Positions 12,016-25,752 of a stretch of 64,000 bases of DNA are shown piece by piece. Position 1 is the stretch's first letter, and the number at the start of each line of letters is the position of its first letter. Origin of the DNA: Lytechinus pictus (taxonomy: Eukaryota); contig NC_087251.1 of NCBI RefSeq assembly GCF_037042905.1, positions 47,370,001 to 47,434,000 of the forward strand, written 5' to 3'. The notes beneath the pieces were generated by a model, which did not search any database, was not told the DNA's origin, and saw only the letters and a list, made by a program, of their open reading frames with translations. The position numbers were made by a program, and so were the translations under genes.

Positions 12016-12960
12016 ATGTAAAGTCCACCTCAAAAAATAATGTTTTGAATAAATAGAGAAAATCAAACTCGCGTAACACTGAAAATTTCATCAATATCGG
12101 ATGTAAAATAAGAAAGTTATGACATATTAAAGTTTCGCTTATTTTTCACAAAACTGTGATATTATGCACAACTCGGTGACATTCAAATGAGACAGGCGAT
12201 GATGTCACTCGTGCACTCACTATTCCTTTTTTTTTTATTGTTTGAATTATACAATATTTCGTTTTTTACAGATTTGACAATAAGGACCAAATTGACTGAG
12301 CCGTGTAGTATTAAACAATGCTTATTCCACATGTTCAGAGAGGAATTAATCATTGTTTCACTGGAAAATGAGGAGAAAATTAGAACATTTCTGTTTCATA
12401 ATTATAATAAAATTTAAAAAAATAGTGTCTGAGTGGTTGACGTCATCAGTCTCCTCATTTGCATACCAACCAGGGTGTGCATATGAATGTTTTATGAAAT
12501 TAAGCGAAACTTTAAAATGTCATAACTTTCGCATTTTATATCCGATTTTGATGAAATTTTCAGTGTTATGCTTGCTGGATTTTAGTAGTCTAAAGAAGAA
12601 GGCGGTATTCGGTCATCATGATAAATCCGATGATGTCACTCATGAATTGTGCTATATTTCATTTTCTGAAAATTTGACAACAACCGAAGTATTCGTTGAA
12701 AACAATGTCAATTACATATGTCCAAGGAAGAATCAAATCTTATTTCACATAATAACGACGAAAGAAATAAAATATTCTCATACCTCTTACAATAAAGTAC
12801 GACAGAAATAGTCAACGTGTGGCGTCATCGGTCCCTACACTTGCATACCGATCAGGATGCATATAATGTTTGTAAAGATGCCATAACGTTCTTGTTTACC
12901 CCCGATTTTGGTGATTTTTTTTTTTTTTTTTGGGGGGGGGGGGGCGTTTAATTCTCTTAA
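12016..12960. mobile_element. Truncated family A MITE plus an older fragment
   Basis: Shares aaagtccacc..., aatttcatcaa..cggatgtaaaataagaaagttatgacat and ctcatttgcatacc blocks with the complete copies; right TIR missing. Confidence 0.7.
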
Positions 12961-13866
12961 AACTTCCTTAAAATTTCAGTAGAAACATCACATGTGGTCC
13001 AAACCCTAATGAATACTCGTTCAAGATAAATGCCGGCATCAAATTAAAAAAACTTTTTAAGCAATGGTTTGTAAAGTTCGGTAGATCTGCTTTGCTTTCT
13101 TGCGCGAGTTCTCTCATAATCGTGCCTCTATTACTCAGTGTTTGCAGGATAATCTTCAAAGGTAAAACATCATTTTAAAAGAGAGATATTTCATGAGGTT
13201 ACAATGTGAGATGGCGCAGATCTAAAACGTAAAAAAAAACCAAGAAAAACAGGTCAGGGAACAAAAATAAGAATCTATAATAAAAACAGTAAATGCACCA
13301 GAATGAGAAATGAAGCTTTAAACTTCTATAGCTGGTTACTTGGCTCTCTCTCACAAAGTTTCTACTTTCTGGATCCCATAAAATTCTTTATCATGTAAAA
13401 TTTTTGGCTGCCGTATGCAGAATGGAGAGATGTTTAAAAAAAAAATGAAAAAATCTATGAAGCAAGGAACCAAAGCAACCGAGCTTATCATGACACTTGC
13501 ATTTTTAATAGTGAAATTGAAGAATTTTTGGTTCACAGTTTAGTGAATTTAGATCAAAATTATCAGCAAAAAACTGGCCATACCAATATTACTGTCTACG
13601 ACCATTAGGGTGACACCACCTTTTATTTACTTCATTCCCCCCCCCCTTTTTTTTGGGGGGGGGAGGCGAAATGCATTTGTGTCCCCCAGTTTTATATGAG
13701 GGCGACTGCCCCATCCACCCCTTTCCAATTAAATCATCATAATAATACAGGGGTAATTTTACATTAACTTGTGAAAGATTTATTATGATTATTTATCTCC
13801 TGCAACCAATCGCTTTAGCTATGGTTAATGCTTATACTGTGTAGTTTGTTGATCCTTGCTGTTTAC

Positions 13867-14160
13867 GAATGAATGAATGAGTGAGTGAGTGAGTGAGTGA
13901 GTGAGTGAGTGAGTGAGTGAGTGAGTGAGTGAGTGAGTGAGTGAGTGAGTGAGTGAGTGAGTGAGTGAATGAAAGGATGGATGGATGGATGGATGGATGG
14001 ATGGATGGATGGATGGATGGATGGATGGATGGATGGATGGATGGATGGATGGATGGATGGATGGATGGATGGATGGATGGATGGATGGATGGATGGATGG
14101 ATGGATGGATGGATGGATGGATGGATGGATGGATGGATGGATGGGTGGATAAATGAATGG
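13867..14160. repeat. Compound tetranucleotide microsatellite (GAAT)n(GAGT)n(GGAT)n
   Basis: Directly visible perfect tandem tracts. Confidence 0.98.
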
Positions 14161-14404
14161 ACGAATTGCCGTACTAATTCATTCACTCATTGATTCATGT
14201 TGTGATGTATGCATGCATGGTTGGCTGATTGATCATTAAATAATCGTGTTACACCTCCTTTTGGCTACTTGTATTCATTCTTGTACCAGTTTCATAGAAA
14301 ACTCCCCCCCCCCTCTTTCTTCATTTGTTTCTTTCCCTCTCTCTTTTGCCTTCCCCTCTCTTTGTAGTTCTTCTTTATACATAAGTAAAGGGACTTTGAC
14401 ACTT

Positions 14405-14538
14405 CAGGGATGCCACTAGGTGTCCTCCAAAAATACTGAAACTTATCGCGGGCCGGGATAGTGTCCAAGAAAATTTTTTTTTGGGGGGTCCACCTTTAAT
14501 TTTGGGATGGACACATGTCACAGGTAAAAAATTGGACA

Positions 14539-14576
<38 letters not shown>

Positions 14577-15557
14577 GGAGGGGGGGGGGGTCCGCCCCCA
14601 CCTCAAATTTAGGGGAGGGGGGAGGACCAAGTGGCTTCTTACCTTGTTGTGATCGATGACTTTGAAGTCAATTAGGTTTGAAAAACTGACGGTAGTTAGT
14701 TGTGTGTTTCTCATAGAACGCTAGACTAAAAGCTTCAGTCTCTGTATTTTGGTTGTTCAGCTGAACCGCGTTGGCTCCACTCACCAATACATAGACTGAA
14801 GAGTTGTTAGCCCGTACATAAAGACAACGTATCAGCTAACCCAGGGAGCTGATACGTAAACCCAAGGAGCTCCGGCCCGCTTTCCGGGCCGGAGCTTCCT
14901 GGGTTCCGTATCAGCATGCAGCAGTAACGTTAGATCTAACATTCGGAGGAAACCCGATTTTCGGATCGTTTTTGGTACATAAAATGTCACATTATGAAAA
15001 AATAATTACATCCAAACTTACGAAAAAATATATAAAATTCAGAAACATCGTACCTTAGACCGCAGTTACCGCTAATTCCTTTCAAATGATGATCAAAACT
15101 TAGTCATCCTCGATTCCTTCGTTGGTCATCGTAAGTTGCCATCTTGGATGACGTCATCATATTTACAGACGTATTTACCAGTCGCTATCATACCGCGATT
15201 CGTGCCGCTACTTTGCGCTTGTCTATGTGCGTGCGTTCGGAACTTGTCGCTCGCATTGATTGGCCAGGATATCGATAATTCTAATCAGAAAGCCTTGATA
15301 AAAGCATAACTCAATGAACGTAGTAGGCAGTGCGCGCGTTTATATATTATGTACTGTATAAAAGCAAATATCTCGGGGAAATATCTCTCACTCGGTCGAT
15401 GGACATGCATCGCAATCGGGAGAGATAGGGGGAAAAAAGGAGGACTTTCCGTTTTTTTTAATACACAGAAAACAGGAAAAGTCGGAAATACGGAAATAAG
15501 ACAGATAGCAGGAAAAAAGCCGGAATTCCGTATAAATACGGAAAAGTGGCATCCCTG
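14405..15557. mobile_element. Non-autonomous TIR element with 6-bp TSD (hAT-like)
   Basis: 13-bp perfect TIR CAGGGATGCCACT / AGTGGCATCCCTG; acactt directly outside both ends. Confidence 0.72.
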
Positions 15558-17649
15558 ACACTTGGTTATGCGAACATTTATTACATATATTTTTCACGAG
15601 ATATCAATGTTCACAGTCGAGCAACCAATTATGAAGGCCCCTTTGCCTTTGTTATGTACACCCCCCCCTTGAACACAAACTTTTGAGAATGAGAGTGAAC
15701 TTCATGAAAAGCATGTTCATATTAATAAACCTGAGCCAATTATCACGTTAATGATAGAAAAAAACCTTCCAATTATCCTTAGATTAAAAACCTAATGATA
15801 GATTGTAATAAACATTTGAAAACTTTGCTTTATCGCAATGAAGAAGTTTAACCTTTAGCATTGGCAATTTTAAATACTAGTAATTTTGTTTGTTAATTCA
15901 ATATAAATCTATCTATTGTGTCAATGCAATGATTATTATGACAGAATACAAATCAAATGTGTGACAAAATGTACTGTACAATTTTGAAATTACTATTCAA
16001 ACAACCTAAACTGTTATGAAAATATTTGAAACAAAATTATTTTCATTTTATGAAGTTCACTCTTGCAAAATTAAAACAAGTTGTCTTATCCCATGTTTTC
16101 AAATGTAATTATACCCGGCATGTTGCAAAGTGTATTGCTATTGGTGCATTTATTATCATTAAATATTTATTTCCTTTGGATTATGGAAAAGCTTTGGGGT
16201 CGTCAAACTTTCATTTGAGTGGATATAGAAGAATTAATCTAAAAATAACGGGACAACGAAGATTTGCCATCATTTTAGTATAAACTATCTTTTCTTTGAA
16301 AGGAGGTAAACTTTGCCATCAATTTCAATCATTTTGCAACAATTTACAAATCTAGAATCTGGATGGGAGGTGAGGGGGGCGGAACTGATTGGAAGGTTGA
16401 GCACAACCAAGAGGTTAGTCTGCTTCAAGCCAAAATATATTGCATTTAATCAATTTTACAAGGTGAGCACTTGCAAAGTTGGCCACTACCTTAGAAATAT
16501 CTGCGGGCAATTCCATGTTTCGTATTGGACTCTGACAACATTTTACTTTTTTGACATCAAAATAAAAGAATTTTTTTCTCGGGGGGGGGGGGATTTGGTG
16601 ATCAAGTAGTGAAGGGGAACAAGAACCAAGACTTTAATCTATTACATTTCCTTTACAATTGGAATAAAAAATAGTGCTGTGTCGTGCGGGACACAACAAT
16701 AAAAGAACAAAGAGAGAGAAAAAAAAAACATGGAATCGTCCGCAGATATTGAATATTTGGCTTATACAGTGTGGCAACAGGTAATCCAAAATCATGAAAG
16801 CCAATTAAAAAAAAGAAATCCCCAGCATTGATACCAAACTTGTATCATTCATTTTCAGCGACAAATCACTAAAATCAAAATATCATCTTTGCCTTTCTTC
16901 TTGAATTGTGGGAGATGGTGGAAATTGTACAGGTCTCAGAATTGTAGGCCTATTTAAAAATGTTTGCAAAAAGGAATTTTTACAATTTAATTATTCAAAT
17001 AAACATTGGCCTTCTAAAATTTGGTTTACCTTCTGGTTATTGTAGTTCCCATGGCAACCAGTATTCTTAAAAATCATGTTATCTTTTGCATTGCCTTGTT
17101 TGTGTTACCTGCCTTAACAAATTTAAGAATTATATTTATGGTCGTTTTATGATGCATAAATGACCCCTAAAACCACACTACATGAGCTAACAGTAATGGC
17201 ATACAGAAAATTAACAGGGTTTTAAAGATAACATGATATTCAGAATAGCTGCTCTGGGCCCTGTTGCATAAATAATATAAAACAGTGATATGGATCCTAA
17301 TCAAACGATTGGCTAAAATCGATCACATGACCAGTCATATGTTTCAGCCAATAAAAACTGGTACTAGTGACTAGTTCTATTGACTGGTCATGGTTTTGAG
17401 ATGGTTTGATTTTTATTAAATAACAAGGATCCATATCACTATCTTAAAATACATATTAAAGTAACTTTTATGCAACAGGGGGGGGGGGAACAGTGCCAAT
17501 TTTGACATACAAGGGGGGGGGGTCAGAATGGATAAGAAAGGGGAGGGAGCAGGCAAGTCCATTTCTGGACCATGTTTTTATTGTGTAAAGATACTCGATG
17601 TAAACAAATAAGCATAACAGGAAAGAAATTTCTCATTTTCAAATGGATT

Positions 17650-18420
17650 TATTGAATTTTTTTCAAAGAAAATTGAACAAATAAAAAATGACCAGCAGCC
17701 CAGAAGATTCATTCAAGTGTCACAGGATACCACAGCAGCTGACCTCTTGATTCATTGGGGCAAACCCCACCCCTCACAAAATGGCCAACAGCCTGATATG
17801 ATCTGGGGTCTCCTTGACAAATCACACAATATGTGACATCACTACCAAGAGACCTGTTTTTCAGTGAGCAGTGAAGGGCACCGGATGCTGTTTTACATGA
17901 TATACAACTTACCACAAAATAAGTGCTTTATTAATATTCATAATATTTTGTGTAGCCAAGCATATGCGAGACAATGCATCAATTTCCCCAGCAATCATGT
18001 TGCTAGGGAAAACTATTTTTTTAATTATCTTCTTCTTTTTTTTGGGGGGGGGGGTGGGGGAAGAGGCAACTTTACCCACATTGCGCATTAGAACAAAACC
18101 ACCACCTTATTTCCTTTAATTTGCTCTGTTCCTCACTACCATTTCCCCTCCCCTCTCCCCCTTATCCTCTCTACAAGATTACCAGTTAATCCACTGATTG
18201 TGCTCTATCCCCAAACCTCATTGTACTATCCATCCAGGGAAGCATTTCATGAAGATTTTTGTCAGTGATTTTCACCATCAAATCCTTGCATCTGATTGGC
18301 TTAGAGCAAATTAGTGAGAATCACTAACAAAACTTGTCATGAAATGCTCCTTGTATCTCCCCATTTTCAATCATTTCACATCCTTTCAACATGAACTATA
18401 CATGACTGACTCTACAATGT
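17650..18420 (+). repeat. Left arm of a diverged ~750-bp inverted duplication (partner 22160-22890)
   Basis: Blocks gaccagcagcc..gaagattcattcaag, tcactaccaagagacct, taagtgctttatt, atattttgtgtagcc and aatccactgattg recur reverse-complemented and in order at 22160-22890. Confidence 0.8.
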
Positions 18421-18984
18421 TCTAGTTTTCAATTTTAATATTTTGGGGTATTATTACTTATCATTTTCACATTTCATATTTTTATTAAACAATTCAATTA
18501 ATATCACCTTTTTTTTGGGGGGGGAGGGGGGTCAAAAGAGCAAATGGAATACATTACGATTTTGCAAATAAATATACCTTTTTCTGTACATGATGCAATT
18601 GCGATTCTATTTCCATGAACACTGAATTTTGATCACAATAGAAACAGGGAAAAGAATTTATTTTCCCCCCTATCAAGCTAATTTTTTCACCATCATACAA
18701 GAATCAAATGTTTGCATACTGTATCCCATCATGCAACCATGAACTCTGAGAGATCAGGCGAGGCACCGACAATGAAAGATAGATCTAATGGGTTGGAACC
18801 TCAACATAGGCTTGTCCTGAGGGAGTACACTTCATATCCCACAATGGTTTATAATCCCCCATCAATCTTTACAATACAATGCATGAACCCTAGTAGTGAA
18901 GAGAAATGCCAAATTCAGAGGTGGCATCCAATAAAATTTCAAAGAAATCTTTCAATGGATATAAGAAACCAATGACAACTCTCA

Positions 18985-19655
18985 CAGACTGGATGGAGGA
19001 AACACTTCTTTAGCCAAATGGTCATTGGAACAATCTACCAAAAGATGCAATACCAAATCTGACAATACATCATCCAACAAAATTTCCCAAACTTGTTCCA
19101 GACTGGATGGAGGAAACCACTTCTTTAGCCAAAGGGTCAAGGTATTTGGAACAATCTACCAAAACATGCAATGCCAAATCTGACAATACATCATCCAACA
19201 AAATTTCCCAAACTTGTTCCAGACTGGATGGAGGAAACCACTTCTTTAGCCAAAGGGTCATGGAGAGTTGGAACAATCTACCAAAACATGCAATGTCAAA
19301 TCTGACAATACATCATCCAACAAAATTTCCCAAACTTGTTCCAGACTGGATGGAGGAAACCACTTCTTTAGCCAAAGGGTCATGGAGAGTTGGAACAATC
19401 TACCAAAACATGCAATGTCAAATCTGATTGACAGCATCCAACAAAATTTCCCAAACTTGTCCTAGACTGGATGAAGGAAACCACTTCTTTAGCCAAAGAG
19501 TCAAGGAGAGTTCGAACAATCTACCAAAACATGCAATGTCAAATCTGACAGACTGCAGTGAGAACCCAACAAAATTTCCCAAACTTGTTCCACGCTGGAT
19601 ATAGGAAACCATTTCTTTAGTCAAAGGGACACTGTTGGAAAAAAATCTACCAATC
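18985..19655 (+). repeat. Tandem array of ~121-122-bp unit (~5.5 copies) derived from the CR1-type LINE ORF2 C-terminus
   Basis: atccaacaaaatttcccaaacttg recurs at 19072, 19193, 19315, 19436. The unit encodes SRLDGGNHFFSQRVMESWNNLP, matching the FFSxRVxxxWNxLP terminal motif of CR1 ORF2. Confidence 0.85.
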
Positions 19656-20565
19656 ACTGCCCTACCCACAGACCAGAAGATGGAAGAATGAACAGCCTAG
19701 CATCACATCATGTCAAGCTTCAGGACCCAGTTTGGAAACTTCTCTGACATGATTCAAAGGAACTAACTGTAAGCAAGAAGGAATAATTCTATGATGGTCT
19801 GCAAATTATGCATCGTATAATCATTGCAAAGAAAGTGAGAGACTTGAAAGTTCCCATGAAAGGTTTTTAGATGGCACAAGATCAAAGGATATTAAAGTAA
19901 ATTGAATCATTGAGGAGAGGCCCTTCTCCAAATATAACTGGCAATGGTAAGCAGTATCATGCACACCTAAGCCCTATCTAGCCCGGGGGGGGGGGGTCTT
20001 TTTTCATCCCTTGACATTTTTTTGCAATAAATCAGTAAAGATCAGGTCACAAAATTTCATGAAATTTTTCTCACACAACTTTTAAGACCAAATTCACAAT
20101 GCAATGATATGCATTTACAAAGCTTTGTAAGAGCATGTCAGACCCAATTTCATTTGAAAAATCCAATACAAATTCTTTATGTAGCCGAAATTCATCAATG
20201 TATCATTATTATGACCTTTACAGATAACAAGCAATTGATTTCATGTATTTATGACTGAAATAGTGGCAATAACATCTTTCTTAAAAAACAAAGATGAAAG
20301 ACAAGAAAATACATAGGAAAAAAATTGATGAGAATCTTAGAGTGTTAAGATCAATGATCCAGATCAAGGGGGGGGGGGGGCTAATAAAGCCCCAAGCCCC
20401 CCCTCCTATGCAATTTCAAAATAGCCTTGGCTATATAAGGTCAAACACAATAACTTCCCCTCACATTTCTGAATGCCTGAACTTGATGAACTTTCCTCGA
20501 CGCATGAAATCTATTCAAAATTCTTTCCAAACAAAGAACGTTTCCTCCTGGACACAGAAAATGAA

Positions 20566-20963
20566 CGGGGGGGGGGGGGGGGGGAGTTAAATATATTGCT
20601 GTACATACGCATGATTAAAAAAACGCTTTTAAAGGGGTGTTTTTTCAGTTTTGGATGCGGTCCGCACGTGGACTCGTTAAGGGTATCAAAAACACAAATT
20701 TTCAAGAAAAAGGGTGGTTTTGAAAGACTGGTCAATGGCCAACCGCGGGATCAAACGTATTTAGGGTATTTTTTTCCCCAAGGCTTTTTTTTTTTAAAGA
20801 CTAGCCAACGTGTTTAAGGTATGTTTTTTCCCCAAGGTCATATTTTGTCAACAACTTGTTTAGGGGGTTATTTTGCACACAGAGAAACACTTGTTTAGGG
20901 GGTGTTTGGAAATTCCTTGGTCACGCATTTGTACAGCAATATAATTGACTCCCCCCCCCCCCG
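20566..20963. mobile_element. MITE with poly-G/poly-C-ended TIRs
   Basis: gggggagttaaatatattgctgtaca... vs ...tgtacagcaatataattgactccccc (~35-bp imperfect inverted repeat). Confidence 0.65.
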
Positions 20964-22159
20964 CCTTATCAGGATTCAAACAAGTGCATTTTGGTTTACA
21001 GACTAAGCCAGAAAAGGTATCAGACGTTTGTAGCTTCCTTTTTGTGACAATATTGGCATGCATGAGGAGCAAAAAAAAAGGTCTTTATTGACTTCGACTT
21101 GATAATACCAAGACTTCACATTGCCTTTCATTTCATCAGAGTCATATAAATCTGGGAAAACTCCAATAAACACAGGAAAACATAAAATCGCTGGAAAAGA
21201 CAAAATGACCAACTGGAACTAGATCCACTGAGAAGTCCTCTAATGCCACCATGAAGAGGCCAACACTCTCACAAGATATCAGCATTTGAGTCCAAGAAGT
21301 GTGTAACTTAATACATGAGGTTTTGAAGAGCTCTGGATTCCTTGTGGTCAGACAGTACTTGAAGATTATCGCAATATTACACCAGATAACCAAATACCTG
21401 TCAAATGCAACTGAAACAAACTTCTGGAAGTCAACAGCGCTCTCTTCAAACATACATCACCAGTTTGTCTCTCTTCTCTTTGTGCAGAACAAATGGTTAC
21501 CTGCGTCGATTTGGAGTGTAAAAGAGTTTTTGATCGATCTTGATCAATGCCACAGAGATTCAAAGCCATGTTCGCTAAACCAATCCATCAATACTTCAAA
21601 TATAAATATGGGTCAACTTGAAACACGACACTGGCAAGGCTCTAGAAATCACAATTTGACATTGCACTTCTGAAACAAGATTCTAGACTTACATATATTG
21701 CTCTAATTGAAGGAACATTTTTTTTTAAACATTGTAGAAAAACCATTGAAGTGTACAACCCTCATAAAAATGGGTGAAAATTTTATATCCGAAGCTGAAG
21801 ATTTGGGCAGACAAACCTATATTGAGAATCTACCTGATCATCACATATCTTAACATTCGTGCAGTCCACATTATCTCTTCCCATTCTGTGATTTCATGAT
21901 GGATACACATTCGGCACTCACACAAACTATGCTTCTGGTGGTGCCATTGGCATTAGCACAAACATGAGGTTCATGTAGGTTCATGGTGAAATGACCGCAA
22001 TAAAGCTCGATATATTAATTCAAATCAGTCTTTCCAAAAAATGAACATGTACAGAAAATGGTAATATATTGCAAAATAATTCACACTGCTCTATCATAGC
22101 TAAACAAAATCAAAGTCAGTAAGTACATATAAATTTCCTTGTAGAAGCATTTACCTTCT

Positions 22160-22890
22160 TAATAGTACATTATTAAATCAGTCATGGTAAATATCATATT
22201 GTAACGATGTGAAACGAAGATGAATTTAGAGGAACAGATAGTACAGGGAGGTATACAAAGAAAGAATGCAATCAGTGGATTGACAGGTAATACAAGTATT
22301 GTCAAGGTGAGAGAAGAAAAGAATGTGAAATATGAGGGGAGGAGGGTGGAGTAATGAGAAAGGGAATGCCCGTACAAATTTATCAAAATTGCCTTCAGGA
22401 ATGGTAATGCTTTGATAGATTTTCATTAACGACTTTCATTCCAAAGATGAAAGAAAGTGTCACAAGTGTAAAAAGTGCGATTGAAGTAAATCTTCGTGTG
22501 GGGGAACTTGCTGCCCAAATTTTCCACAATAGTTTTTTTTCCCCTAGGAGTAAACTAATAATTACTGGAAAACCAACTGCATTGTCTCACATACTCTAGG
22601 CTACACAAAATATCATTGAAATCAATAAAGCACTTACATTGTGTTAAGTTGCATACCATACACCACAGTATCCAGTGCCCTTCTCTGCACACTGAAAGTA
22701 GGTCTCTTGGTAGTGACGTCACTAATTGTGTGATTCTGGCAGGAAGATCCCAGCTCAAACCAGACAGGTAGCCATGCTTGTGAGGTCTAGGGCCTACCAC
22801 CATCAATCAACGAGGTCAAATGCTATGGTCCTGCAACTTGAATGAATCTTCCAGGCTGCTGGTCTTACAATTTTTTTTCAAAAAGTCATT
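22160..22890 (-). repeat. Right arm of the diverged inverted duplication (partner 17650-18420)
   Basis: Reverse complement aligns block-by-block with 17650-18420. Confidence 0.8.
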
Positions 22891-25654
22891 AATACAAAGC
22901 AAGTACATATATGTAGCGCAGACAACCATACACAGTAGGGCAGGTCTAAGCTATCTAACATTACATGTCATGAAAGAGACCATTCAAAGAGGTATTTCAC
23001 AAAGATTTAAGGGTGAGTAAAATTGCTCCTGAATTTCTACTTGCGTATGAAAAAGAAAAGATCACTGTATTGATTGAATCACGCTCAGAGGCTGTGCTCT
23101 ACGTGTACAATAAATTGACAAAACTGTGCGTGAAATATCATGTGCTTGTTAACACTTAAGCACAATGACTTTAGCTTTGATTTCTTTATCTTTTGTGAAA
23201 CACTTCCCAGAATTGTTTTGCTAGTGTTCTGCTACTAAAACTACTATGACATTGTACCGAAAGAATCTAATCAGATCCTTGCTCATGTATGACCTAAGTT
23301 TGCCAATGATCCCTCAAAAAATCCAGTTTATCATACTAGTAAGTTAAATTTTCTTATAAACAATTACCAAAGTTTGAAAAAGAACCCTCAAACAGTTCTT
23401 TCACAAGAACAAGATATATACCAGCTCTTTAGCTATCATGGAAACAAAAACAAGATGAATGGACAGATTACCCCACAAGCCATAGGCCTACAGTAACCAC
23501 CGACGTTCGGTGGAGGCATAAACATCATAGATAAACATTTCCAATACATGGTCATGTACGTAATATTTTAACCTATAAAACAAGCATTTACTTCATAATT
23601 CTCGTGACATTAAAATGAGCACAAACATGCTTTACATTGATCTGGACCTTACAATATAATGGTTAGATAAATATAATTATTGACGTAACTTTGTATTTTT
23701 AAGTAAAATTTTTGAATATGTTTGCTTCTATATAATGAAATTGTACATTTTAGGCTGTTTACATTATAACTGAAGCGTCCTGGGATAACTCAAACTTTTG
23801 ATTCACCTGACCACAGTATACTACTGAACAGTCTTTGGCACAACGAATGAGAAACTTATTTTGTGATCCCCCAAAATGTATTTTCCAATATTGACCCCGG
23901 CCTAGTGACCTAAAAAAATAAAATTGATTTATTGGAAGGAAGTAGGTAATCTGTCATTGTGCACAAAATTCAAGGGGGGGGGGGGGCATTTGTGTTAAAC
24001 AATTCTACGACAAGTAGATCCAGGGTAAAAAAAAACAGAGATAAAACACAAGAGGCGTAAAACTCTGGAAAACCTTCGGATCCACTTTTGCAGAATAGTC
24101 AACACAAAATAGACACAAACTTCATCAAGAGAAAGTTACAAACCCGAGTTAAATCCAAAAATGTAACCAGCCACCCCAAGACCAACAATTAGTCGCAAAT
24201 AACGAATTTTGTGATTTTCCTTGAGCTTGGAAAAGCATATCCAAAAGCTTTTAAAATGATATATAACTTGTCAAATTTATCAACAATAACCTTCGCAAGT
24301 ACTTGATTGAATGGAGAAGAAATTCAAAGAGAGTTTGAAACAAGGATTGAAGTTTGGGGTTCACTCAATCATGAGATGTGCATTCTCAGATAAACTTCAT
24401 GGTAGTCTTCAAAAAAATGGTTTTAGCCCTATAAATAGACCCAGGTTATTTGGACCCATCCCGCAGGAGGGGGGGGGGCGGAATCCATCCCCCTGAGATT
24501 TTGCCGCCAATCTTGCATGTGCCTTAAAAATTACCACGAGGCCAGCATGCTAGATATCTACAAGGCTGTATGGTCAATTTTTTCTTTAAAATAATAAGAT
24601 TTTGTAATATGAATTAATTATGTTAATTTATGCATAAAATATAAGAATAAAACCTAATTGATTGATTGGTTGAATTTATTCTTGTTCATTTCAAACAAAT
24701 AAGAAGGAACAAAACAGAATATGAATAACAGAATTACAGACCCCAAACAGCTAATTTTCTATTCTACCCCCCCCCCCCCCGGGGCCTTTTATTCAACTTT
24801 ACAACTTCAAATTTACAGCATGAAGAAGAATTCCTCTTTCAGAAAAGCTCATTTGCTAATTATTTCTTTTTGGAGACCATATTACCGTTCTGCTACTTAC
24901 AGAGTACCTTGCCTGGCGATTTATAATTGGTTTTGGTATGGCTGGTCACAAAAATCTACTATACCTAATTATCAGAATATCTTAATTTTAAACATCACAA
25001 TTACAGGAAATTACTTCCAGCCTTATTATTTTGACTCCTAGTAACCATCCCTGCATACATCAGAGCTGCCAAACTTGTGCATCCCCCCCCCCCCAAAAAA
25101 AAAAAGGGAATCATGAAGGCAAAAAAGGAGAGGAATTTTCAAGGAAAAAATGAACGTATTTCTCAACATGACCCTAAAAATCAGACCTTCCCACACGTGA
25201 CCCTTGACTTTTAGTCTAGTAACCTGAAATTACATTCATCCAATTACCTCAACTTATGTAAGTTTTATGAAATATAGACATATAGAAGCAAATTTTTTCA
25301 ACAGGATACCATTTTGCAAAAAAACAAACAAAAAACAAACTAATGCCATAATTTGGTTCCCAATAATTATGGTAAAAATGTAATAGTTGGAACCTCTGAT
25401 AGAATTCAACCATTAATGTAATAACGGTTAACTTCAGATAGTCTGAACTGTCAGCAAAGAGACGATAGCTTGACCTGCTGCTTGGAGCTACACAAAAGTC
25501 ATCGTGAAATACATAGCAATATAAATTCATGAGAAACACATGTGCATACAAAGTCACATATATGATAATAAAAATGTTTTGGATAAACTGACATCAAGAT
25601 TAAACTGGCATTAGGTTCATTTAATTTGTTTACCATGATGGAAATCTCCTACAA

Positions 25655-25752
25655 TTGGTGGTGATTTTTTTTACCTGATTGCTAAGAAAGCATGAATGCT
25701 TGTAAGCAAGCAACCAGAGGACCGACGGCTTAAGGTCCTCTCCGAAGGACCA
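25655..25752 (-). mobile_element. 3' fragment of a SINE (same family as 55895-56095)
   Basis: Reverse complement cggagaggaccttaagccgtcggtcctctggttgcttgct...gctttcttagcaatcaggtaaaaaa matches 56010-56090. Confidence 0.7.

Noticed and set aside
13863..14193. ORFs of (MDGW)n / (IHPS)n
   Set aside because: Translation of a tetranucleotide microsatellite.
18985..19655. CRISPR-like regular repeats
   Set aside because: Units are contiguous with no unique spacers, there are no cas genes, and the context is eukaryotic; it is a LINE-derived minisatellite.
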